A stretch of DNA of 64,000 nt, taken from positions 27,528,001-27,592,000 of the forward strand of contig CM097887.1 in the NCBI GenBank assembly GCA_044892525.1. The letters are read 5' to 3'. Shown here piece by piece: positions 39,632 to 50,954 of the stretch (its first letter is position 1; each line of letters opens with the position of its first letter). The DNA comes from Schmidtea polychroa (taxonomy: Eukaryota). The translations under genes and the position numbers were made by a program. The notes beneath the pieces were generated by a model, which was not told the origin of the DNA, did no database searches, and was given only the letters and a program-made list of their open reading frames with translations.

Positions 39632-41088
39632 TGTTAAATAAATAGTTCAGTCAAAAGAAAAGAGAATGTTAATAAATTTTTAATTTTTATCTGAAGGAAG
39701 ACATTTATGCGCAAAAAAGAAGTATTGATGGAGATCATGCGCCTTTTAAGCATCTTTATCAAAAGAGGAACTAGATTAAGAAATATTGCACAGCGTACAG
39801 ATAAAGCCAAGTGGACATTGTATGCTACACTAATAGAGAAGTATAATGTCAAACAGACTTTAGAACCAGGTTCTAGCTCAGATACTATCACTCTAGGCCG
39901 ATTGGTTTCTGCATTTCCAGAAGTCACGGCTTTGCTTTTGAAGAAATCTGGTTCTAGGTTTGGTCATCTAACTACAACTCTACCAACATGTTTGCAATTT
40001 ACTGCTGCTGCAAGTCTTCTACCTAAAGAGACTCTTAACGGCCACGATTATCATCATGATATTTGTGTTCAATTAGATGCTTTGGTGAATGGAGCAAAAT
40101 CGAACGTAGAAAAGGTCTCTCAATACTGGAACATAGCACATAGGTCTGTTCTCTTCAGTGATGAAAAGAGAAAGGAAATATTGGCAAATTTACTTGACAA
40201 CGAGGACTTTCTCTTGTTTGTTCCTCCTAGTCAAGAGGTAGTTGCTTCTGTTTCAAAGAGGAGAAGCAGCGCACTCAGTCCAACAAAACCTCCTCCTTCT
40301 AAAAAGCCTTATGCACCAACTTCTAGTAGAGGTAAGTAATTGTTAGAGTTCTTTATTAAACAATAAAAAAACTATATATAATTTTTTTTTTGTATAATAA
40401 CATTTACTATAATATAATATAATGCATAAAAAATAAACACAAATAAAATTCTATATATTCAAATGTTTCTTGATCAGCTAAATCGTCAGTGGAGTCCGCA
40501 ATAAGGTAAGTGTTAACTAGTGAAATTCTTGACCTGGTTGATAGTTACACTGAGTAGTTACGATCTTAAAATGCGTTGGCTAAATTGAAAATTTAAAAAC
40601 TGAGTGAATTAGTCGCTCTATTTCTTTATATACTGGATTCTATCCAATCAGAATCCAGTAAGGTTGTAATATCGTGTTTTTCCTTGTTTTTTCTCTTTTT
40701 TCTTTTTCTTCCGTTTTCTTATTCCTTTTAGTGATTTAATTAATAAATAATTTTAATATTCTTATTTTTTTTCTTTTGTTGGCTTTTGAGGGATCTTTCT
40801 TGTGATTTTATGCTTTACTTATTTTTTTTAATTATTATTTATATTTTTTGGTGTTGTTATTATCATTTTAATTTCTCGTTATTTTTCCTTTTATAGCTAT
40901 TATTTTTCTATTATTTTCTTTCTTAGGGGTATTTGCTTAAGGTTTTTTGTCTTTTATTGATTTTTCTATTATTTGTATTTTTGATTATCAGTTCTCTCAT
41001 CTCACTCTTTACTAATTCCCAACTGAACTGAATTCCTATTTAGTTACGTTATATAGTAATTTGGACTCACTAAGTTATCAGCCCAACA
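39632..41088 (-). mobile_element. Solo-LTR-like cassette (TG...CA ends, 4-bp TSD) carrying a viral nucleocapsid-like ORF
   Basis: TGTT at 39632 and CCCAACA ending at 41088, with TTAT on both flanks (39628-31 and 41089-92). The minus strand starts TGTTGGGCTG, then an A-rich tract, CTGATTGGA and TATATAAAG. Confidence 0.75.
39707..40339 (+). CDS. Phlebovirus/tenuivirus (Phenuiviridae)-type nucleocapsid-like protein
   Basis: IFIKRGTR..., LIEKYNVK, DTITLGRLVSAFP, LPTCLQFTAAASLL and AHRSVLFSDEKRKEIL run collinear with remembered phlebovirus N motifs (ALTRGNK, LINKYKLK, DELTLSRVAAA, AVNSNFISHEKRREFL). Open 210-aa frame with AATAAA at 40362. Confidence 0.78.
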   Translation: MRKKEVLMEIMRLLSIFIKRGTRLRNIAQRTDKAKWTLYATLIEKYNVKQTLEPGSSSDTITLGRLVSAFPEVTALLLKKSGSRFGHLTTTLPTCLQFTAAASLLPKETLNGHDYHHDICVQLDALVNGAKSNVEKVSQYWNIAHRSVLFSDEKRKEILANLLDNEDFLLFVPPSQEVVASVSKRRSSALSPTKPPPSKKPYAPTSSRGK

Positions 41089-43129
41089 TTATGCATTAAT
41101 TAATTTCATAGAAATTATGAATTTATTTATCGAAATCTTGATTTTAAATGGATTCAATTAATACCAGAAATTCTATGGCTAACAATTATATTTTTATATT
41201 GTGATTCAATTAAATTATATATTTTTTATTTTTAATAAATTTCTTCTATTTATTAGGTCTTGTTATTATTTATTAACGCCTTGAATCAAAATTTGCTTTA
41301 ATTATATTATTTATTTGTTGTTATATTTGTGTTATTTTTTTGTAGAACTTCTTACTAATGTTATTAATCTTAATTATTACATTTATTCTGCTGAATTTGG
41401 TGTTCGTTTTATTCATATTTTACCTCGTTCAATTGGCATTTTAGTATATTTGATTTTAACTTTACTTAGTGCTCTATATTACATGTTATTTTCCTTAATC
41501 ATTTTTACCTGAAATCTCTTTATTTTTGACAAACGCAGTTTTTGTCTAATAAATTTATAAATATCAAAATTTTTAGTCTATTTTCATTCTTTCAGATTAA
41601 AGACCAGTGTTTTGTCGTTTTCCTTTAACATTAATTTGCGATACTGCTTTATAAAGTAACACTTTCAAATAAAAGTTGAAAGACCGGCGCCGAAATTTTT
41701 TTAATAGAATATAAATTTAGTTTGAAAGAAGAATGAAGATAAACGAAATCGATAAATTGTAATCGATTATTAAATTATAAATCTATTATAAATATTTATA
41801 CAATTTCATTTTATTCAGTTAGTCATCCGAAAATCCAAAAAAAATTAATCACTTAACACCATCGGATGCCATTACAAACTTTAATTGTATTTACATTTAT
41901 TTGGTGACATGTTGCTTATACGCCTAGTTTGTAAAATATATAATAAAATGGACGGTTCAAAAATTGTGATATTTTAAGGACTCTGGCAAAATATTTTTGG
42001 GTCTGTTTAAAGGGTTGCTTGATTCAATCCCAGGTGGAATCGAGTTTCTTACAATTGTACCGATAAAACCCAAAAGGTCCGAAACTAGTCTGCCATAAGA
42101 AATTGATATAAATTTCACTTAAAAAAACTATTTTAACAAATCAAAAGCCAAACATTTCGAATATCTTAACTTTACGCCTAACAACTTAGCAATTGTTATA
42201 TTAAAAAAACTTCCTAGTCATTTATTTGAAGGCTACTCAAAATTCAGAGATCAGAAACCACCGATACAAATGCTCTCTGTGGCAGATACTTCGCTACATC
42301 AACAATAGAATGGCTATATCTCAGAATTTTACCATCTAGTATTTCCTATTCCTAGAAGCGGAAATAAAATAGCTGGTCGCAATGTAAATTCGATTATTCA
42401 TTACTGGCCTTTCTCAACTCAAAAATATCTATATTTGGAGATAAATACATAGTTCGGAATGGAATTCATTTAAATCATGATTATATGGAGTTCTTAATCC
42501 AGTTTTACACAGCAAGCCAGATTTCATTTCCGTGAACAATTTGTTTCATACATACTCAGTCGTTACTTATAATATACTCTATTCTCAGACAATTAAGTCA
42601 AACATTGAATTTTCCTATCCATTAACTGTCATTGACAGCAAGACTCATTAATTTGAGGTAATTTTTCTGCTTATACCATAACGTAAGAGAACGTGATTTT
42701 TTGTTATCAACTCAAATTGCCGCCTAAATAAGGACTGTCAACTGAAGGAATTGATTATTATTAGTGAGCACAATAAGGATTTTTAAGAGTATTGTGTATG
42801 TAAAGAATGATGTGTTTGTGTTTGTATTGTCGTATTTGGATTGGTACATGGAAAACTAATGTGCAAAATGATACTATTTAATTTATTAAGTTTATAAATT
42901 GATTATTAAATTTCATGTAATTTTACAAAATTAATTTGCAAAAGATTTTTAAATTAATTAAATTATTTGGTGTATGATTTTTCAGATATTTTTATTATTT
43001 TGTTGGATAAAAGCAATTTGAAATTTAGATAGGATTTAGATAGCATCGTTTCTACCTAATGATGAGAGTGAACCGGTCGAAATATATTGTATAAGTGATG
43101 TTTGAGTGGTGTTTTTTAATAATAAAAAT

Positions 43130-43820
43130 AATATTAATTATTATAATTACTAATTGTGAGATGGCGTATTCATTGGATACAGACGCTTTCATACGAGCGT
43201 TATTAAGATTTATAGGAAGAGGAAATCCGTCAATGATCTTATCGGACAACGGAAAGAATTTGGTTAGGGAACTGGAGAAGTTCAGGAGTTGGTTATAGAT
43301 TCTTATAAAATGAGTAAAGTACTTTTAGAAGATCAAATTAGATGGGTAAATTAAATCCACCTTCGGCATTGCGCTTTGGAGGGATTTTCGTATCATTGAT
43401 AAAATCAGCAAAGGCTATGAAAATAATTATCGAAGGGGCTGACATTCCGGGCGAAGACCTGAATACGGTTTTAATAAAAGTAGAAGAGTTGTTGAATTCT
43501 CGCCCATTGACAGAATAGTGCAGTGACGGTAAAGAAGACATTGCACCAACTCCAAATGATTTTTTTATCAAAATGACCTGGACTAGAGCGAACAGAAAAT
43601 ATCACGCATAATGAAGGAATAGATTACAGAAGAAGATGGAAAAGAATTTTGCAAATACTGAACCATTTTTGAAAAAGGTGGAAGAAAGAAGTCAAACTAG
43701 CCGAGGTGTTTGGGTCTTAGAATCAAATATTCCAGAGGGTAGATGGCCGTTAGCAGAATTAAGGAAGTGATTCCAGGTAGTGATGGAAAGATCCGAGTCG
43801 TTAAGATTAAATGCCAAAGT
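43130..43820 (+). pseudogene. BEL/Pao LTR-retrotransposon integrase core plus DUF5641-like tail
   Basis: SLDTDAFIRALLRFIGRGNP..ILSDNG, NPPSA..FGG, EELLNSRPLT, PTPNDF, RIKEVIPGSDGKIRVVK. Several stops and frameshifts. Confidence 0.9.
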
Positions 43821-43989
43821 AAAGAGAAAACTGTATTGTATTTGAAATATTTTATTTTTGCTAAATAATAAAGCTTTGCAAATGAATTGAATTGCCTTTG
43901 CTTAAGCACATTTTAAACATCCAGTTCATATTAAACATTTACAAGTGTTGAATATTATTACTGCAGATATAGATAAATGTGACTGATTC

Positions 43990-44171
43990 GAGTGAACAGA
44001 AGAAAGAAAAAGCATTGGAACTTTAATTTCAATCAAATCATCTACAGAAAACTGTATTCTAATAACATGATCGTTGAATAATTGTTCATAATCCAAATCT
44101 CCAACAGAAACTTTATTTTCCAATTTCCAAATCTGGATAGACGATAAAGTTGCAGCACATAACCAATATAT
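43990..44171 (-). pseudogene. RACK1: RACK1-like pseudogene, 3' part
   Basis: YWLCAATLSSIQIWKLENKVSVGDL matches RACK1 [25 protein letters not shown]. Removing 44172-47058 restores FIFSPKIYWLC in frame. Confidence 0.85.
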
Positions 44172-47058
44172 TGTTGGGCTGAATTGAATGTGGGAAAAGT
44201 CGAAAAAATAAAAATGAATAAGTAAAAATTCAGTATTGAATAAACTAAGTAAAAAATAAACCCTAAAGAGAGTTGAAGGAATTACTAAGAAAAATTTAAA
44301 CAAATGATAGAAAAAAAATAAAACAGTTAAAAAATAAAAATCACGAGAAACAGAAACAAGTATAAAGGAACAAAATACCAACCATGGCCAACAGACAAAA
44401 AGGAAAAATAATTAAATAAGATAGGAATTAAGAGAATAAAATCTAAATACGAAAAACATAAAGTAATGACATAAAATATTAACCAAGGCGAAAGAAAATT
44501 AGAAACAGGCAATTACACAGAATTATTAACAAAAATCCACAAAAAATACACAGAAATATAGGAAATAAATAAATAAATTAATTAACCAAATAAAATAAAT
44601 AACCCAAGAAAAACATTTAAAAACATAGGAAATAAGAAAAATAACCAAAATACAACATAACTCAGTCCTGATTGGACAAAATATACTATATAAGGTAGAC
44701 ACTAGGTCATTCACTTAACTTCTTAAAAATCCTTACAGGTAAAATTTTTATTCATTTTGAACTGCTTAAAAATCTTTACAGGAATCAAACTCTTACAGCG
44801 ACTATTAAGAACTCTACAAACTCATCACAGGAACCACATAGGACTATTAGGAACTCTATCAAACGTTTACAGAGAAATCGAATCTATCACCGAACTGAGA
44901 ATTATTTGAACCGTAATCACTTAAAGATCATTAACAGATTTTGTCCGATTATCATTGAAAGGAACAAGTAAATGATTGATATTTTTTCTTAATCGGTTTA
45001 TGAATTGGTATTAATAATTATTGTTATTGTAATATAACTTTCATTAGACAAAATGAATTTTCTCTTCACCGGAACTGGTGACGATGCCGTTTGGGAACTC
45101 CGAGTATGATGGCCAGGAACCGAAAGTACAAGAACAATGAATTAGTAATGTTGCAATTTTCGAGAATATGCGATTTGGTTTTAGAACCAAGATGGTAATA
45201 ATAGTATGAGATCAAATGTATGAAAAATGTGATTGAGAGCGATTGAATCATTCTACATTGAATAAACACTAAATAAACCTGAGAGCCACATTGTCTATTC
45301 CAATAATCACACGATTTTGACATAATCAAATTGGCACCAGGCGAGACTAGTTCTGGGTATATCTCGCTAATAAATTCAAACGGTTGTTTACCACATAAAA
45401 TGCAATGCCTAAGGTGATATCCGGTAGAACAGATCACAAATAAGACGACGAAATAAATAGTACACATTGATTTAATTAATAAGATGCTAATAGTATTATA
45501 TTTACAATTTTCTTCATAAATATGCATTTCAGTCGAAAGATTTTGGTCAACAGTAGAATTTCACAGCCAACGCGCATCACGTGAACCATAATTATTAAAA
45601 TATAGTTTTGGTAAAAATCAAGTTATAATAATTTTCTTAAACAAAAATAGTTGATCAAATCTCACCCTCAATGATTAAATTACTCGCGACGACCTCCAAT
45701 ATAAGGGTGATAGGGTAAGTAAAATATGTTAATGTTGTCTACGCGGTAGAAAGAGGGGAATTGTTAACAGAAACGTCTCATAACATTTTGTAACGAACTT
45801 TTTCGTAATCGATAAATCAATTTGCCGTCAAAAGGGCCGAAACCATGCTTTTCTTGTGCAGACAAAAATGCAGATATCAGAAAACTGCATGAATATATCG
45901 GGGTTCTGAAGAAACGTATTGAGACGCTCGAACACATGTGGTTCTCCCCGCCACATATGAAATAGGAAAAAACCAAGATCCTACGACTGGAGCACTGCAG
46001 AGACAGTCTCCTCGAAGAAAGCCGTTGTCAGAGGTTGACAATCAAGGCTCAATCGGAAGCACTACACCAGGTGTATTCTGAATCAGAAATAAGCAGAAGA
46101 GTACGAGAGTATCGATCAAAGATGGGACGAACGTGTTCCCCTTCCATCACCGGAACGACGAACAACAATTGCCTCTAACCAGTTGCACTGGCCACGGCTT
46201 TGGCTTTTCTCTTATTATCGAACCGATCTTGTCCGGATCAGCGAAGGGACAAAGCTCAGTTCCACCAACCGTCAAAGAAGCCGCTCCTATTTCCGTACTA
46301 AGTCATCCAATTGAACCCACCAAAGCAACGTCGAAGAAAAAAAGCGTCCCTCTCGGGCGGAACGAAATCAGAAACGCCGAGATGAGATTGCCGCTCTAGA
46401 AGCATCCCTATTTGCCGCCCAGGCACTAAGCGCACAAGTCCCGAAAGAAAAGATAACAACACCCAAAGAAACTTACCGAATCGTTTCATCCAGGACACTC
46501 AATCTTACGGAAGACGCTCAGCTACAGGTAGATATAGATGCCTTGTTAGCCGAAAAAGAAATGTCCTTGTAAGTGACAAGTGGAAGACACCTTCAATATT
46601 ACTCATGATTCGGTGAACATCATGCCGAAATCCGAATGAATTTTTGTAACCATTAGTTATTAAATATCTGCTTGAATAATTTTCTATCTTATGCAATAAA
46701 TGTTCTTAATGTCTGTGTTTGTTGTTTATTAGTTTGTCTGAGTTAGATTTTGACTTATCCCGTAGTATATCAATATTGAGTAAGTACAGTCATCCCCTTG
46801 GACCAGGGTCGTACTATCTTTTTTGAATAACCACCAATGAGGTAAGTCCTTCTATGGCACTCCTGAACCCGTACAGTAAACCTTACCGGGAGTAGTCCTA
46901 ACACAGGTGCTCACCTGCTGGTAAGTTCCGACCTGCGTGTGCATTACCAACGTGACACATCGTCACGGGCACTCGCATGGGAGATTATTGTCAAATTATG
47001 AAGGTTGCTTAGGGAACCAAATCTGAGCATATAAATATCTTTCCCTAAGTAACCAACA
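44172..47058 (+). mobile_element. 2.9-kb solo-LTR-like cassette (TGTTGG...CCAACA, TSD ATAT) inserted in the RACK1 pseudogene
   Basis: 6-bp terminal inverted repeat; ATAT at 44168-71 and 47059-62; excising it rejoins the RACK1 frame. Starts TGTTGGGCTG, then an A-rich tract, CTGATTGGA and TATATAAG. Confidence 0.9.
45820..46572 (+). pseudogene. Unknown CxxC/coiled-coil ORF (cassette ORF B, copy 2)
   Basis: KPCFSCADKNADI...EHCRDSLLEESRCQRLTIKAQSEAL...VDIDALLAEKEMSL*. Homologous to 8490-9191. Confidence 0.7.
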
Positions 47059-47062
47059 ATAT

Positions 47063-47293
47063 TTTTGGCGAAAAGATAAATTTGTTAATAATCTCACACA
47101 TTTCTAACGCGCATAAATGTCTTCCTTCAGATAAATTCCATAGCATTAAAGTTCCGTCCCATGATCCAGCCAATGTAAATTGACCATCATTTGACATAAC
47201 AAAATCACTTTCAAAGTCCTCCCAAATAATCATAGATTTATTCCTTGATGCAGAAATAAGACTGTTTGGATAGATGTTGGTTGCAATCTTTGG
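47063..47293 (-). pseudogene. RACK1: RACK1-like pseudogene, 5' part with internal deletions
   Basis: [22 protein letters not shown] (WD1), [21 protein letters not shown] (WD2), joined directly to [27 protein letters not shown] (WD5/6). Confidence 0.85.
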
Positions 47294-47571
47294 TTTTGAA
47301 GCAGCCTATTGATTTTCAGTGTTTCTGGTTTCCATGAAATAAACGCCAAAGTACCCTGATAGTCATATAATGCATAGCAACCTTCTTTACCATATGTTTC
47401 GATCATGTGTAATTTGAATGTTTCATAAGGAGTAGCTAATTCCCCAGTTTCTAATTGAATAATTCTATCCTTCTGTTTGTTGAGTCCAAAGATTACATAT
47501 TGAAGTCTGTGTTGTAATTTAATGTAATTAAGATATTCTTCAACTGAAGGATCACATTTAACACCTTTCAA
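47294..47571 (-). pseudogene. ADF/cofilin-like pseudogene fused to the RACK1 fragment
   Basis: GVKCDPSVEEYLNYIKLQHRLQYVIFGL...YETF...EGCYALYDY...LAFISWKPE..., ending in AASK. This is the typical ADF-H pattern. Confidence 0.8.
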
Positions 47572-47789
47572 GGCATGTCCATCCGAGGGCGTAGTTTATT
47601 CCGGTGGAATCATCAAAGATCAAGAAGATCAGAAACATTAAATACTAAATTGTTCAAATCTGTAGATTATTCTATTCGAACCTTCATTGAACTGAGTCCT
47701 TGGCAAAACAAGGTCTTTAATTTTGGTTTTAATAAAAGTTCAGTCAGTTAAATTAAGTTTTGTTATTTATATTATTTCTCAAAAAGTTA

Positions 47790-47960
47790 AAATTTATCTC
47801 GTTTGTCATAAATTTTATATAATAAATACCCAACATACAAGCACCCCGATTGTCCCGACACTTTTTATTTGTGACTCTATCGGTTTCTAGAAAATTCTCT
47901 GACACACCTAAGCGATTACATATATCGATATAAAACTTGTAACATCTGAGAACATATCTT
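47790..47960 (-). pseudogene. piggyBac-like C-terminal cysteine-rich domain remnant (opposite strand)
   Basis: RCYKFYIDICNRLG...RVTNKKCRDNRGAC resembles the piggyBac CRD. Degenerate. Confidence 0.45.
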
Positions 47961-47989
47961 AACAGCGACAAAATGAAGATAAAACTGTA

Positions 47990-48443
47990 ATATTAAAATG
48001 TTCTGATGTTAAGTACAAAGCACGATGACTCTATGATAAACGTAAATATTAAGGCCAAAGAAATCCGTAAACCAGCCATCGTGATAGATTACAACAAAGG
48101 AAATGGATTTATAGATTTGTCGGATCAAATGGCAGCGTATACACCATATTTACTAAGAGCTGGTATTCCATCTTATTACTGTAACAACTGTAGTGAATCC
48201 TCATTATTTGTATAAAATAGTTCGTGGTAAAAAGAAGTTGAAGATCAGAAAAGGCAAACAAGAAAACAATGCCGTCTTTGATACAAACCAATGTCCATTT
48301 CAAAAGATCTGCATATGCTCGTAAGAGTGCCAAAAAAATTAATGCAATTTGTGAAAAATGCAAAATATCAATTTATATCGACTGCTTTCAAAAAAATCAC
48401 AAAAATGTTGCATAAAAGATATTTAGTAAGTTGTATCAGAAAT

Positions 48444-48486
<43 letters not shown>

Positions 48487-48768
48487 TGTGTCCAAAATGA
48501 TATTTTATTTTTATTTTACCTTGAAAATCTTATAAACTCATCAATTTTGTTTGAATTTTAAAAAAACGTTTTAAAATGAGTCCGCTATATACACTATCTC
48601 TTCGGGGGGACCGGCGCTTCGATTATTGTACATACATTGTATTTAAATCATACCCATCGGTGTACAAGCGGTCCCCGAGTAAGACATGTCGTGTACCGGC
48701 CCGTGAGCACGCGGGCCGATAATGTTGTTGCGGAGTGACTCACCGGTGGACATGCGGTCTTTAACGTG
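47990..48768 (+). mobile_element. piggyBac 3' fragment (transposase C-terminus, CRD and right TIR)
   Basis: MLSTKHDDSM...KPAIVIDYNKGNGFIDLSDQMAAY, then RKQCRL..ARKSAKKINAICEKC...DCF..NH. GC-rich TIR ends ...ACGTG followed by TTAA at 48769-72. An (AT)n run lies at 48449-48483. Confidence 0.9.
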
Positions 48769-48953
48769 TTAATATCAAGTATTCAGTTGCTGTAATACCT
48801 AAAGGTTTACCTAGAATAATTTGTGTTAATGATATCGATATGTTTTACCCAGAATCGATTACTCCTGTTATAATGGATTCTATTAAGAGACGTTTGAAAA
48901 TACATCGTAAAAAGACAGTTCCCGGATTCCGACATTCCTTCAACTTCAGCTAG
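48769..48953 (+). pseudogene. CRESS-type Rep, copy 3 (3' end only)
   Basis: Nearly identical to 38598-38782 (NIKYSVAVIPKGLPRIICVNDIDMFYPES...). It begins exactly at the piggyBac TTAA. Confidence 0.9.
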
Positions 48954-50215
48954 TTCGAAATATCGGAATATTACTTGATTTTATATTATTAACTTTTATT
49001 ATTATAAATGTTTTTATTAATATTAATTTTTATTTATTATTATAATTGTTGTTAATATTTTTTTTATTAATTTATTATTATTTATTTTTATTGCTATTAT
49101 TTTTTTTATTTATTTATTAATATTTATTTTTATTTATTTTTTTAGTTGTATTAATTTTTATTTATTATTATCATTTTTATTTTTTTATTAAATTTTATTT
49201 ATTATTTTTTTAGTTATATTAATTTTTATTTATTATTATCATTGTTATTTTTTTATTAATTTATTATTTATTTTTATTAATTTTTATTAGTAGTAGTAAA
49301 TACGTGTGAACCCATATACGTAGAACGAGTGAATATGGTATTTTTCCATACCCCTGCCATGAAATTTTTATTTGGTTAATGAAATTATTATTATTATTAA
49401 TATTATTTCTAGTATTTTTATTTAGTGTTATTAATGAAGTTGACTTTTTGTTGAAATAAGGAAATAAATGGATATATCAATTTCTTTAAATTGTTACCTT
49501 TTACTTGACCGTAAGAGATTACTGTTGTGATAATTCTGTCTTGCTATTTCGTGAATTAAGCAAGTTCATTAATTGCTCGTTACATTTTGTCACAATAAGT
49601 TTTATTTAATATTATATATATTCTACTGACAAATTATAAGTAAAGTTTGTTATTTCCAAATATTTTATTTAAATTCAACATTTGAAATTATTTGTAATTA
49701 AAAAAAATTTGAAAACTAAAAAGATGAAAACAAGTTTTGGTTAAAAAGCTTTAAATTTTGAAACCAGCAATAATAATGGATTTCATCCTCGCCTTGTAAA
49801 GGAAAAAGTTACATCATTGCTAACTCATTATCTACTGAAATAAGACGTTAGTTTACCCTTAACCAAACGAAAATTTTCTCGGATTTATAAAGTTTAATTG
49901 CTTGATTTTCGTTGGTCCAATCTGATTGGTCCCCTGCTTTCGGGTTAAATAACCTGTTTGTTGTTTTATTACTTATTAATCTTGACTTTGAATTGTTGAT
50001 CTGTTGTTTTAATTGAGTAATACACAAAAAATTCAAATCACCAAATTTAAAAATTATTTTGACAAATGTAATAATGAAATTGATTTTATTATTAATTGCA
50101 GCGCCACTTAGCTTTATTAATTTTTTATTTAATTTATTAAATGATAATAAAAATTATTTTAAATTTTGAGATAAAATTCATACTAAATTAACAGTTATAA
50201 CACAAATTAACGTAC

Positions 50216-50954
50216 ATTCGTAGTAATCTATCCTTAATGTTTGAAAATTGTTTGTAATGATCTTCAGTAAACGGCTTAAAATTTCAAGAAAATAAAAATC
50301 TATATAAAATATAAAAAATTTCACTTTGTAAGAGCGTCTAGCGCTTATATATAAATCCGAGCAAGCACTAATCAGCTCAGATGTTTCTTTACTAACACAA
50401 TTTGATTTAGAATTTTCACCGGTTGTAAATAATTTGATGAGAGGAACTATTAATTACTTATATAAATTAAAACTTTTGCAACAATACCTAGTTCTTTATA
50501 TTCTTCAACAGCTTTCAATCGATAAATATACGTTATGTCTTCTAAAAATATATATTAATTAATTAAATCATAATCATTGAATTAAGGTATTCAAGATAAT
50601 ATGTATAATAAAGATTATGCTTAAATTCCATACTTCTTCCTAAATAATCATCAATATTATTTTCATATTCTTCAGTAAAAATTTTAGGTTCAACATATAC
50701 ACGGCGAGTAGCATTTATTTCCTGTTCTACTGAATCCCTAACGTTCTAAATTACTTTTTTTAACAAAACACTAGTAATGAAAAATTTACTTTTGGTAGGC
50801 CATGACCAATAACTGTGTATCCTGCTTTGGAGTTTCTAGCTCTAACACAAGAAACTTGTCGCTTTATTATAACTATAACTGATAATATTACAAATAAGAC
50901 AACAGATAAAATTAATAGAAATATAGTAAGAGCTATATGTTGATTAACTGCCAT
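50216..50954 (-). CDS. C1orf43: NICE-3 / C1orf43 homologue, multi-exon (3' end unresolved)
   Basis: Exons 50954-50790, 50745-50634, 50541-50488, 50446-50325 and 50274-50216 are joined by GT-AG introns of 44, 92, 41 and 50 nt and stay in frame. The product has an N-terminal TM, KRQ...GHGLPK, EPKI, YIYRLKAV, and LISACSDLYISAR...F..DHY, matching remembered NICE-3 motifs (KRQ..GHNAPK, EPQL, YLYRMKAL, LLDGYETAR). Confidence 0.85.

Noticed and set aside
42400-42640. BACK-domain-like peptide (EIWLAV*NWIK) on the minus strand
   Set aside because: Too short and stop-ridden to call.
43926-44714. Hydrophobic Phe/Leu/Ile-rich minus-strand ORFs
   Set aside because: They are the reverse reading of the A-rich promoter block; only the RACK1 part below 44171 is real homology.
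49286-49300. AGTAGTAGT, as in Polinton/Maverick termini
   Set aside because: It sits at the edge of a low-complexity tract; there is no partner TIR or Polinton gene.
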